This document shows, one piece after another, positions 8,897 through 17,650 of a DNA stretch of 57,161 nucleotides (positions are counted from its first letter, which is position 1; each line of letters begins with the position of its first letter). The notes under the pieces are model-generated. The model did not search any database, had not been told where the DNA came from, and saw nothing but the letters and a program-made list of their open reading frames with translations. The position numbers and the translations under genes were made by a program. Location: NCBI GenBank assembly GCA_002348225.1, contig DEAP01000008.1, positions 1 to 57,161 of the forward strand, read 5' to 3'. This DNA is from Dehalococcoidia bacterium UBA2979. GTDB taxonomy: Bacteria; Chloroflexota; Dehalococcoidia; UBA2979.

Positions 8897-10864
8897 ATGG
8901 TTGTGGGAGACAAACTAAAGCAAACAAATACCAAGGAAGACTTAGCCAGTCATCCACTCGACCCTCTATCCGTCGAAGAAATCGATAGAGCTGTAGCGAT
9001 TGTAAAAGCGACCGCGGGCCTTACAGATGATTTACTGTTTGAGACCATTGTTCTTCGGGAGCCCCTAAAAGAAGACGTCCTGAACTATGAGCCCGGCCTA
9101 TTCGTACCAAGGGAAGCCTTCCTTGTAGCCCTAGACCCGAAGAAAGGACAAGTCCATGAACTCATCGTTTCTCTGGACACAAACGAACTCCTAGAATCCG
9201 AACATATTGAGGGTGTTAAGCCAGCATTCATTTTTGGGGATCAGGAAACAAATTTTTTGCAGTTCGAAAGCAAAATCAAAAATGACCCCCGATATGTAGA
9301 AGCACTGAACAAGCGAGGCATCACAGATCCTGATTTGGTGATGATTGACCCGTGGCCTATTTCCAATTTCGGCAACAAGAATGAAGAAGGTAAACGACTG
9401 GCGATTGGACGCGCGTGGGTAAGACGAGAACCTACTGACAACGGCTACGCAAGACCCATCGAAGGGCTGTCCGTAATAATCGATCTCGATAAAAGTGAAA
9501 TTTTTGAGATACATGACTTCGGGGTTGTCCCTATCCCACCTGAAGACGGAAACTACGCGGCACGATACCAGGAATCGTTCAGAGAAGACCTCAAGCCAAT
9601 TGAAATTATTCAGCCAGAAGGTCCCAGCTTCGAGGTGACTGGTAACCACGTCAAATGGCAAAAGTGGGAACTCCGAGTCGGATATACACCTCGTGAAGGA
9701 CTCGTCATCCACAACGTCACATACGAAGATCAAGGTAAATTACGTCCAGTTCTGTATCGCGGTGCCTTGTCTGAAATGGTCGTTCCCTACGGCGATCCGA
9801 CGAATGACCATTACAAGAAGCAAGTATTTGATTCGGGTGAAGTCGGGATCGGCAAATGCGCGAATTCACTGGAGCTCGGATGTGACTGTCTAGGCGAAAT
9901 CTATTATTTCGATGTGTCTCTCTACGACATCACTGGCAAAGCTAATACTCAAAAGAATGTAGTGTGCATGCATGAGGAAGATTTCGGTGTCCTTTGGAAG
10001 CACACTGACAGTCGGATTGGTGAAACAGAAGTTCGTCGATCCAGACGTCTTGTCGTTTCGTTCTTTACGACTGTCGGGAATTATGAGTATGGGTTTTTCT
10101 GGTATTTCTATCAGGACGGGAGCATTGATTACGAGGTCAAACTGACAGGAATTGTCAATTCTTCTGCTGTTCCAGCGGGCGTAAAACCAAAACACGGAAC
10201 ACTCGTTGCACCACAGGTAGTCGCACATAATCACCAGCACTACTTCAATGTCCGACTCGACATGATGATTGATGGTCAAGAAAACTCCGTGTATGAAGTC
10301 GACACCGTCCGTGATCCTATCAGCGAAGATAATGAACACGGAAATGCATTCTCTGTTCAGAAGACGCTGCTTACAGAGGAAAACGATTTCCCGCGAAAGA
10401 TCGACCCTTTTGCGGCCAGATACTGGACAGTGGCAAACCACTCAAGTCACAACTACATGGGTGAACCAGTCGCTTACAAGATTGCACCCGGCGAAAACGT
10501 CCTCCCCTTCCATCATGACGATGCAGTGATTATGAAGCGAGCGGCCTTTATGACAGGTCATATGTGGGCGACTGAATATGCACGTGACGAACTGTTTGCA
10601 GCGGGAAACTACCCGAGCCAGCATCCTGGCGGCGATGGGCTTCCAAAATGGATGAGCAATAACAGAAATCTTGAAGACAAGGATGTGGTGATTTGGTATA
10701 CCTTTGGGCACAATCACATACCACGCCTTGAGGATTGGCCGGTGATGCCAGTCGCATATACCGGATTCTCCATCCGTCCGTCTGGTTTTTTCAATCGGAA
10801 TCCTGCCCTCGATGTCCCGCCATCAGACTCTCATTGCGGCTGTGATGGAGATTGTGCATGCTAG
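8897..10864 (+). CDS. copper-containing (topaquinone) primary-amine oxidase
   Basis: 655 aa. TPQ consensus TVGNYEYGFFWYFYQDG. Copper His ligands in HNHQHYFNVRLDMMIDG and FGHNHIPRLEDWPVMP. A GAGGAG SD precedes the ATG. Confidence 0.92.
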   Translation: MVVGDKLKQTNTKEDLASHPLDPLSVEEIDRAVAIVKATAGLTDDLLFETIVLREPLKEDVLNYEPGLFVPREAFLVALDPKKGQVHELIVSLDTNELLESEHIEGVKPAFIFGDQETNFLQFESKIKNDPRYVEALNKRGITDPDLVMIDPWPISNFGNKNEEGKRLAIGRAWVRREPTDNGYARPIEGLSVIIDLDKSEIFEIHDFGVVPIPPEDGNYAARYQESFREDLKPIEIIQPEGPSFEVTGNHVKWQKWELRVGYTPREGLVIHNVTYEDQGKLRPVLYRGALSEMVVPYGDPTNDHYKKQVFDSGEVGIGKCANSLELGCDCLGEIYYFDVSLYDITGKANTQKNVVCMHEEDFGVLWKHTDSRIGETEVRRSRRLVVSFFTTVGNYEYGFFWYFYQDGSIDYEVKLTGIVNSSAVPAGVKPKHGTLVAPQVVAHNHQHYFNVRLDMMIDGQENSVYEVDTVRDPISEDNEHGNAFSVQKTLLTEENDFPRKIDPFAARYWTVANHSSHNYMGEPVAYKIAPGENVLPFHHDDAVIMKRAAFMTGHMWATEYARDELFAAGNYPSQHPGGDGLPKWMSNNRNLEDKDVVIWYTFGHNHIPRLEDWPVMPVAYTGFSIRPSGFFNRNPALDVPPSDSHCGCDGDCAC

Positions 10865-10882
10865 TCACTTGAGGAACAACCT

Positions 10883-11689
10883 ATGCCGGTAATTCGAATA
10901 GTGCGCACCCCGAGCGATTTTAAAACACCGGCAAGTCTGGTTGTCGTGGATGAACAAGGTAATCCTGACTCACATCCAGGCTGGGATTCGCTAGTTGATT
11001 GGCAATCTCGTCGTGACCGTGAGAGCATAGATGGCCCTGAGAAAACACTGGATCGATTGGATCTAGATGATCCGTCGCAGGCTAAACGTCAGAGTCAATT
11101 CATGAATCAATATTTCTTTGAGGAGCCAGATGCAGACATGCATCGGAGAGTTGGGGAATTAGCTGAGCAACACGCGTATCTGAAAGATCCTTCTGATTTT
11201 ATACAGGTGATAACCGAATTCGGCACTAAATACACTGACTTTTTTTTTGGGGACTTCGACCAGTTCGGTAGTCCCACTTACTCCTTATCGGATTGGCGAA
11301 ATGAATGGCTGAATATCGGTACCTGGGCTAAACGAGTGCAGGATCAAAAACAGCAAGAAATACTTATGAGAGCGTTTGCCGAACCTACTGGATGGAACCT
11401 CCTGATAGAAAAATTCAGACAACACACAGATGGGTTTATGGTTCCGCAAGGTGGCCCCTCAGGAAACAAAGATCCAAACGAGAGTGCCATTCGAGTAACC
11501 AGCTGGGTTGGATGGTGTTGGGCACTAATCGTGCGAGATTTATTTCAAGAGGTCACTTACAGGCAGTGTGACAATCAGTCGTCAGATTCAAATCCAAATG
11601 GCTGCAACAACGAAGTCCCTGACCTCCTGCCAAGTGGCAACAAATCCACTAATTACTGCTCCACGTCCTGTCGATCGGCGAATCTCTAA
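10883..11689 (+). CDS. hypothetical protein with a C-terminal 4-Cys motif
   Basis: 268 aa, with a GAGGA SD, 18 nt after the amine oxidase stop. It ends ...RQCDNQSSDSNPNGCNNEVPDLLPSGNKSTNYCSTSCRSANL. I recognise no family. Confidence 0.6.
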   Translation: MPVIRIVRTPSDFKTPASLVVVDEQGNPDSHPGWDSLVDWQSRRDRESIDGPEKTLDRLDLDDPSQAKRQSQFMNQYFFEEPDADMHRRVGELAEQHAYLKDPSDFIQVITEFGTKYTDFFFGDFDQFGSPTYSLSDWRNEWLNIGTWAKRVQDQKQQEILMRAFAEPTGWNLLIEKFRQHTDGFMVPQGGPSGNKDPNESAIRVTSWVGWCWALIVRDLFQEVTYRQCDNQSSDSNPNGCNNEVPDLLPSGNKSTNYCSTSCRSANL

Positions 11690-11820
11690 GCATTGTCCAA
11701 GTTCATCCGCCTGGCGTCCATTAACCGGCATGTGTGCTACGTTCGGAGGGAATGTATCTAACACCTACATTTGCCTGAGTCTCACTGAACAGGAACCTGG
11801 ATCTAGAGAGGAATATCCGC

Positions 11821-14235
11821 ATGGGAATTTCTATCAAAAGAATTGCCGGATTTAGCGGCCGTCGGCCCTGGCTCGTCGTATTCGGTTGGATATTAGCACT
11901 AGTGGCAGCCGCAGTATCCACAGTTACTTTGGTACCAACAGCTCTGAATGGTGGGCAAGGACCTACTCGAACTCTGGAGTATCAAACAGCACAGAACCTC
12001 GTCGATGACCGCTTCGGGTCACTAGACGGCATGGCCGCAAACACTCGGACCGAACAATCTACAATTTCTGAACTTATCCTCTTCGTCGGTAACGGTATCG
12101 GGCCAGGTGATGCCGCATTTGATGACAAAGTCTCGTCATTTGTCGAGGGACTTCAGGCAGCTGAGGCGGAATCTGGTGTACAAATTCTCTCCACGACCTG
12201 GGAGGAATATCCAAAACAATCATCTGAGGATGGAACTGCCCTACTCGTCTTCGCATCGATCCTTAACGAGTCAGATGGACATATCGAATCATTTCTACAC
12301 GTAGCTGAGGAAGCTCATAGTGATACTTTCCAAGCTTACTTCATAGGAAATGCAAGTTTGAACTATACATTCAGCGAACTAGCCGAAAAAGACTTGCAGA
12401 CCGGTGAATCGATCGGGATAGCAGTTGCATTGATCATCCTTGCTTTAGTCTTTGGCTCTGTTGTAGCCGCCCTTATCCCCATCATCCTCGCAATCGTTGC
12501 CATCTTTGCCGCGATTGGCGTGACGGGGGTCGTTGGTCAGGTGATCGATCTGAATGAATTCGTCCCGAATATTATGACGATGATGGGACTGGCAGTTGGT
12601 ATCGACTACGCACTATTCATCCTGTCACGTTATCGAGAGGAGCGAGGGCGTGGTCTGAGTAAGCATGAAGCAATTGAGGCGTCCAGCGGAACCGCTGGAC
12701 GCGCAGTTGTGTTCAGTGGATTCACTGTTGTCTTAGCACTACTTGGGATGTTCATTATTCCCGAACGAACTTTCCAGGCATTCGGAATCGGCGCGATTAT
12801 GGTCGTGTTCGTCGCGGTTCTCGTCGGAATGACTTTACTTCCTGCTCTAATAGGAATCCTTGGAGATAAGGTGTGGGCAGTTCGTGCTCCCCTTCCCTTA
12901 ACGCTCGGCCTGTTCGCAGTTGGAGCAGCGGTCGTAACGCTCACAGTAGGGATCGGGCCACAGCTACTGCTCGCCTCGTTCGCCGTGATAGTGGTGCTCT
13001 CACTTATCACCGCTTTCCGCAGGTTCAGCTCATCTAACGGTCGAGATTCAGAATCTCCACTCTCGGATGCCACTGACAGAGAAGGAAATATTTGGAACTC
13101 CATCACTGTTGGTGTAATGAAACGACCGTGGTCCAGCATGTTCCTCGCCACAGCTTTCCTTGTGGCACTCGGATACTTTTACTTTGACCTAGATAAAGGT
13201 ACCAGCGGCATCTCGGTACTCCCCGACGATGAACCTGCTAAACAAGGATTCCAATTACTCAACGAGAAATTTGGATTCGGCTCAAATGCGCCAGCACTGA
13301 TAGCAATTGATGGTGACGTCGGATCTCTAAACGTGCAATCGGCAATATCTGATCTCGAAAAAGCAATTTCTGATGATGCAGGACTCCTCATGCTCTATCC
13401 AGCTGCGGACGATCCCTATACACCGCCACCCGTGCGGATTGAGCCTGGTGTCAGTTTGGCATCCCTGACGGCTGTACTCCCAGGGGATCCGTCAGATCAA
13501 ACGGCACTCACCACCATTCGGAGGCTGCGTGAAGACTTAATACCAGCTGCGTTCTCGAACGTCCCAGAGGAATCTTACAAAATATATGTCGGGGGGAGCT
13601 CCGCAGAAGTCGTTGACTCTGTAAAAATCACGGATCAATATCTACCAATTGTTTTTGGATCAGTGCTGGGACTGAGTTTCATTCTTTTACTTTTTGCATT
13701 CAGATCCGTCACTATTAGTTTTGCTTCCATATTGATGAACTTGCTGTCAGTAGGTGCTTCTTACGGCCTGGTGGTTCTGGTATTCCAGAAAGGCTTCCTG
13801 ATTGACCTCTTTGGATTTGAGCAAGTGGATCAGATTGAATTCTGGTTGCCGCTCTTTATGTTCAGTATCTTGTTTGGTCTGTCCATGGATTACCACGTCT
13901 TCATGCTAAGTCGAATCAAAGAACATTACGATGTCACTGGGAATGCCAGCGAATCTGTCGCATTTGGGCTAAGAACTACTGCGAGCATAATCACTGGAGC
14001 GGCACTCATTATGGTCGCTGTATTCGGAGGATTTGCGCTTGGAGACATCGCGTTCTTTCAATCGATGGGCTTCGGCCTCGGGGCAGCCGTGCTGCTAGAC
14101 GCAACTATTGTCCGCTCACTACTGGTTCCAAGCGTCATGCGTATTCTTGGTGATAGAGCCTGGTACCTTCCTTCGTGGCTGGAGTGGTTACCAAATATAT
14201 CCATCGAGGGCAATTCCGATTCGGTGACGAATTGA
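11821..14235 (+). CDS. MMPL-family (RND superfamily) membrane transporter
   Basis: 804 aa with two blocks of transmembrane helices separated by soluble loops. Each half carries the YALFILSRYREE / DYHVFMLSRIKE motif typical of MMPL proteins. Confidence 0.9.
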   Translation: MGISIKRIAGFSGRRPWLVVFGWILALVAAAVSTVTLVPTALNGGQGPTRTLEYQTAQNLVDDRFGSLDGMAANTRTEQSTISELILFVGNGIGPGDAAFDDKVSSFVEGLQAAEAESGVQILSTTWEEYPKQSSEDGTALLVFASILNESDGHIESFLHVAEEAHSDTFQAYFIGNASLNYTFSELAEKDLQTGESIGIAVALIILALVFGSVVAALIPIILAIVAIFAAIGVTGVVGQVIDLNEFVPNIMTMMGLAVGIDYALFILSRYREERGRGLSKHEAIEASSGTAGRAVVFSGFTVVLALLGMFIIPERTFQAFGIGAIMVVFVAVLVGMTLLPALIGILGDKVWAVRAPLPLTLGLFAVGAAVVTLTVGIGPQLLLASFAVIVVLSLITAFRRFSSSNGRDSESPLSDATDREGNIWNSITVGVMKRPWSSMFLATAFLVALGYFYFDLDKGTSGISVLPDDEPAKQGFQLLNEKFGFGSNAPALIAIDGDVGSLNVQSAISDLEKAISDDAGLLMLYPAADDPYTPPPVRIEPGVSLASLTAVLPGDPSDQTALTTIRRLREDLIPAAFSNVPEESYKIYVGGSSAEVVDSVKITDQYLPIVFGSVLGLSFILLLFAFRSVTISFASILMNLLSVGASYGLVVLVFQKGFLIDLFGFEQVDQIEFWLPLFMFSILFGLSMDYHVFMLSRIKEHYDVTGNASESVAFGLRTTASIITGAALIMVAVFGGFALGDIAFFQSMGFGLGAAVLLDATIVRSLLVPSVMRILGDRAWYLPSWLEWLPNISIEGNSDSVTN

Positions 14236-14264
14236 ACGTCGAATATGTACGCTCAGAAGCAGAC

Positions 14265-14552
14265 CTACATGATGTCGCCTACGACGTAGTGCCCATCTGT
14301 CCAGGTTGGTTCGGATTCAAGGTGCTCCATCAGCCCTAGAAACACTTCATGTTGCTCCGGAAGTTCTGCATTCGCAACGTAGGCCTCCTGGCTCTCAAAT
14401 ACAGCCACGGCCAACCAATTGCCGCCCGCATCAGGGCGCAACACAAAGATTGCGATCGCCCCATCGGGAGTTCGGTCACTATTACTGAACAGGCCTACCA
14501 CATCATCCTCATGACCGGGCTTCACTGAGAATTCTGCCACTGAACCATACAT
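14265..14552 (-). CDS. small ABM-like (antibiotic biosynthesis monooxygenase fold) protein, putative
   Basis: 95 aa with a GAGAGG SD. The pattern VAVFESQEAYVANAELPEQHEVF resembles ABM/Dabb-fold proteins. This assignment is from memory only. Confidence 0.5.
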   Translation of the reverse strand: MYGSVAEFSVKPGHEDDVVGLFSNSDRTPDGAIAIFVLRPDAGGNWLAVAVFESQEAYVANAELPEQHEVFLGLMEHLESEPTWTDGHYVVGDIM

Positions 14553-14641
14553 AGTCGTACCTCTCTACTGTTCGAGTTCACAATTATTTACAGATCACGC
14601 TGGATCGTCATTGTTAACACAATACCCGAAAAATCAAACAA

Positions 14642-16951
14642 TTAGTATCGAGAGTTTTGATCAAGTAGTTCGAGTTTCTCCGATTGGGATGAGGAGTCAA
14701 ACCAGTCGGCAAACTCCGCATAGAAATCATCTAGCGACAAACCAAAGGCATTTTTAAACGCCTGCTGATAGCCGAGGTACGCAACGTTTGGATAAAATTC
14801 CGTCAGGAATGAATCGTTTGTACCCGTTCTGTCGATCAGCCAGGCTACTCCCCATAGCCCCATGTCATACATAATCGCTCCACCACATCGACACTGATGC
14901 TCATCCAGTGCGTCTTTGTCTGCTCGACTATGCGAGTTCTGGAGGGTAAATCCCCAGCGGTCATATATACGTTGAGCATTTCCAAGCCTACCAGTCATTG
15001 GGCCTTTGAAATCACTCCAATTCTTCTTTTCTGCAAAGTACAGCGCAAAGTACTCCGCTGTACCTTCCTCAAGCCACAGCGGTCCGTTTCCAAGTTCACA
15101 AAGCACATTTTGTTCATCTGAGCATCGAGTCGAGTGTGGGTGGACCACGTGAGCGCTCTGCCATACATGTACATATTCGTGCAGAGTAGTTTTACGGATC
15201 ATCCCCTCTTTGTATGATGCTTCAGGAGCGCTATAAGTGAAATATTGCACTCGGACAGGCGAAAGTGGTACCGGTGTCTCATGGAGGGCTCCACAACAGT
15301 CATCAAAAGTCTTGTAATACGCCTCATTGTATTCTCGACAAGACTCATACTCCGTGTCACGATACCGCTCCAAGTACAAACACGATTGCGCTGCGACGTA
15401 TTCGACGTCTGGTTCACCGTATCTCACAAGGATATTCATAATTGGGCCCCAATTACCGAACACCTCAGCACCATAGAGTTCAGCCTCACGAATCTGCTCA
15501 ATAATTCGGGCATCAATCTCAGCTCCGGCAACAAAATACGGCTCAGCTTTACTCTTACTGGCATTAATTAAACACGTCACGTAGTCATCTTTCGGTGTTT
15601 GCAACAAGTATTCACGCTCACTAAATGATCCCTGACATGTCGTCTCTGAGTACACTGGTAGAGTGGTCCTGTTCGGTTCACTTTTTACAAAATTAGGAAA
15701 TTTGGGGCACGGGACGGCTGTCCAAATATTGCAGCCTGGCCCGGTATTTTCTGAAACTGCCTGACCGAATGAAATTAATTCCTGCTGCCTCGGATCGTCG
15801 GCTGGAAGCTCATCATCATGGCCCCTGTGGTCATCATCGTGATCATGGTCGCCTTCGTCCCTGTCGTCATCCTGATCTTGGTCGCCGTCGTCCCTGTCGC
15901 CAGAATCCTTATGCTCCACCAGTGCACTAACTGAAGATTCAAAAATTGCAAGGATGTATTCAGGTTCAGGCGGAGACAACACGGTAGCGACTGTGTTTTC
16001 ATATAGTGCAAATGCGGCAGGCAGTTCTTCCTTTAGTCGTTCGGAGGAATCAATACCCCATTCCTCATTTGCAGTGACACCAGTAACCTCGAACATGTCC
16101 CACGCTGCCAATATCATCCAGAACGCAAATTCGGTGGCAATGACTCGTTTATATCCCTCAGGATCGAAATTTCGCAAGTCCTGATATGACTCAACGTTAT
16201 AGTGCCCATTTCCTATAGCGAGTTCCATCGCTTGATTCAGTGTAGAATCCGGATCTTCCCAATCCCAATCTGCAGGAAACGCGAAACGGAATCCCTGATC
16301 TGTCAATGTATGCAGCAGGTGTTCGATCACTTCGATAATCTGGCGGTCGCTCTCACGCTCGTCTTTCTCCCAAATGTAGTCAATATGATTGTGCGCGAAC
16401 TCACGGGCGTCATCACCAAGCCTGTCAGCAATCTCTGGATATTCAAGTGGCTCACCGCCATAAAAGTCCGGGCCACCATAGCCAATTCTTTGATAGACAT
16501 ATCTATCTTCGAGCTGGAAACGCAGTTCCTCCCGACGCGATCTGTCGATCTGATCCGTATCCCGCCACATACTCGCAAGTGTGTGAGAAATTTTCATGAC
16601 AATTTCATTAGATACACCGTCCAGCACAAACAGTCGGATTCCTTGTACATCCATATGTCGATTGAACGGGGCATATTTATCGTCCTCATGGATCACACCG
16701 GATTCAGTATTCGGTCGATTCGGGTCGGTTGGATTACCTGAAGCTGCTTGGTTGCTCTGGCTCTCGCTCTGGGTTTGGGTCTGGGTTTGGGTCTGGGTAG
16801 ATTGGGAGGACGTTTGACCTGCCTGGACCTGCGAGCCTACGTTTACTTGAGATTCAGTTACTGTGGCAGTCTCTCCGCCTGAGCAACCAATACAGATAAG
16901 AAGAAGTACTGGGATCCACACAAACATCAAGGATCTTGATAACAACTTCAT
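14642..16951 (-). CDS. large secreted lipoprotein with an MA-clan-like zinc peptidase motif (HEYVH ... EEGTAEY)
   Basis: 769 aa. The signal peptide ends LLICIGCSGG. An S/T/Q-rich linker and an Asp/His-rich repeat follow. The C-terminal domain has 12 Cys, with HExxH followed about 33 residues later by EEGTAEY. Confidence 0.75.
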   Translation of the reverse strand: MKLLSRSLMFVWIPVLLLICIGCSGGETATVTESQVNVGSQVQAGQTSSQSTQTQTQTQTQSESQSNQAASGNPTDPNRPNTESGVIHEDDKYAPFNRHMDVQGIRLFVLDGVSNEIVMKISHTLASMWRDTDQIDRSRREELRFQLEDRYVYQRIGYGGPDFYGGEPLEYPEIADRLGDDAREFAHNHIDYIWEKDERESDRQIIEVIEHLLHTLTDQGFRFAFPADWDWEDPDSTLNQAMELAIGNGHYNVESYQDLRNFDPEGYKRVIATEFAFWMILAAWDMFEVTGVTANEEWGIDSSERLKEELPAAFALYENTVATVLSPPEPEYILAIFESSVSALVEHKDSGDRDDGDQDQDDDRDEGDHDHDDDHRGHDDELPADDPRQQELISFGQAVSENTGPGCNIWTAVPCPKFPNFVKSEPNRTTLPVYSETTCQGSFSEREYLLQTPKDDYVTCLINASKSKAEPYFVAGAEIDARIIEQIREAELYGAEVFGNWGPIMNILVRYGEPDVEYVAAQSCLYLERYRDTEYESCREYNEAYYKTFDDCCGALHETPVPLSPVRVQYFTYSAPEASYKEGMIRKTTLHEYVHVWQSAHVVHPHSTRCSDEQNVLCELGNGPLWLEEGTAEYFALYFAEKKNWSDFKGPMTGRLGNAQRIYDRWGFTLQNSHSRADKDALDEHQCRCGGAIMYDMGLWGVAWLIDRTGTNDSFLTEFYPNVAYLGYQQAFKNAFGLSLDDFYAEFADWFDSSSQSEKLELLDQNSRY
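15841..15906 (-). repeat. 33-nt tandem repeat (2 copies) encoding DRDDGDQDQDD / DRDEGDHDHDD inside the lipoprotein gene
   Basis: The core ggtcgccttcgtccctgtcg (15847-15866) matches ggtcgccgtcgtccctgtcg (15880-15899) at 19 of 20 positions, with a 33-nt period. Confidence 0.8.
16769..16798 (-). repeat. 12-nt repeat x2.5 (ctgggtttgggt) encoding (TQ)5 in the lipoprotein linker
   Basis: Read directly from the sequence: ctgggtttgggt ctgggtttgggt ctgggt. Confidence 0.85.
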
Positions 16952-16964
16952 ACTTCCAGTGTAT

Positions 16965-16994
16965 GAAAAAGTTCGGGTGAGAACACCCGAACTT
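16965..16994 (-). terminator. rho-independent-type terminator hairpin downstream of the 17023-17556 gene
   Basis: On the minus strand, AAGTTCGGGTG-TTCT-CACCCGAACTT forms a perfect 11-bp stem. It is followed by TTTTTC and preceded by an A-tract. It sits 29 nt after the stop at 17023. Confidence 0.6.
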
Positions 16995-17022
16995 TCATCA
17001 AACTATTGTGACTCGGTGGTCG

Positions 17023-17556
17023 CTAGGCTCTGCGTAGAGTCATCACTCCGAGTATAAGCATGGTGAGCATCCAGAGAGGCCACATGACCATCATCGCCGT
17101 GTTGTCATCGTTCGCACCACCGATGGCGAGCACCAAGAAACCAACACAACCAAGCAGACCAAGAGCTCCTGAGAGAATTTTGTTGAAGAATTCAGCCAAG
17201 TAATAACCCAAACCAGTGAAGGCCATACCCATAAACATTGTTGACCAGAGAAGTCGCCCGATAGCTTCTTGATTTGTCTCATCTCCGATGGAGCCAAAAG
17301 CATCAGCGACCATACCGCCAGCCATACCTATCACCAGGATAAGTAGACCGATCTGTGCCATGTCTTTACCCGTACCGGCAGACATAGCGTCTCTAGACCG
17401 CATAAAGGCAATTGGAACCGCCAGTAGAGCCCAACTTGCGATCAGTTCTGTCTGCAGAGTGTTGGTGATCTCAGCACCGCCCAAGATCATATATACAATC
17501 AACGGAGCCAGCGCCCCGACTATAAAAAATGTTCCAGTCAGTGTATTTGGTTTCAT
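17023..17556 (-). CDS. hypothetical polytopic membrane protein
   Basis: 177 aa, almost entirely hydrophobic segments (about 6 predicted helices by eye). I recognise no motif. Confidence 0.6.
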   Translation of the reverse strand: MKPNTLTGTFFIVGALAPLIVYMILGGAEITNTLQTELIASWALLAVPIAFMRSRDAMSAGTGKDMAQIGLLILVIGMAGGMVADAFGSIGDETNQEAIGRLLWSTMFMGMAFTGLGYYLAEFFNKILSGALGLLGCVGFLVLAIGGANDDNTAMMVMWPLWMLTMLILGVMTLRRA

Positions 17557-17650
17557 ACTTCTCCAGCTTTCTACCCCCGGAGCCGCACCCCCTAATGGTA
17601 CACCAAAAGCTCACTATTTGGATACAGACACTATATTCATAGGCTTGCAG

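Noticed and set aside
9191-10441. Long antisense ORFs inside the amine oxidase gene (9191-9733, 180 aa; 9890-10441, 183 aa). Similar shadow ORFs occur inside other genes: 12630-13151 in the MMPL gene, 16202-16741 in the lipoprotein gene, 41101-41595 in sdhA/B, 50049-50576 in tig, and 56182-56628 in rnd.
   Set aside because: Each lies entirely opposite a CDS with strong family motifs. Their translations are low-complexity (Ser/Arg/Thr-rich) with no motifs and no SD. This is typical of shadow ORFs.
16741-16800. A GT-rich hexanucleotide periodicity that at first looked like a microsatellite or possible CRISPR-like repeat.
   Set aside because: It has only 2.5 copies of a 12-mer, lies inside a CDS, and encodes a (TQ)n linker. 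There are no spacers and no array structure.
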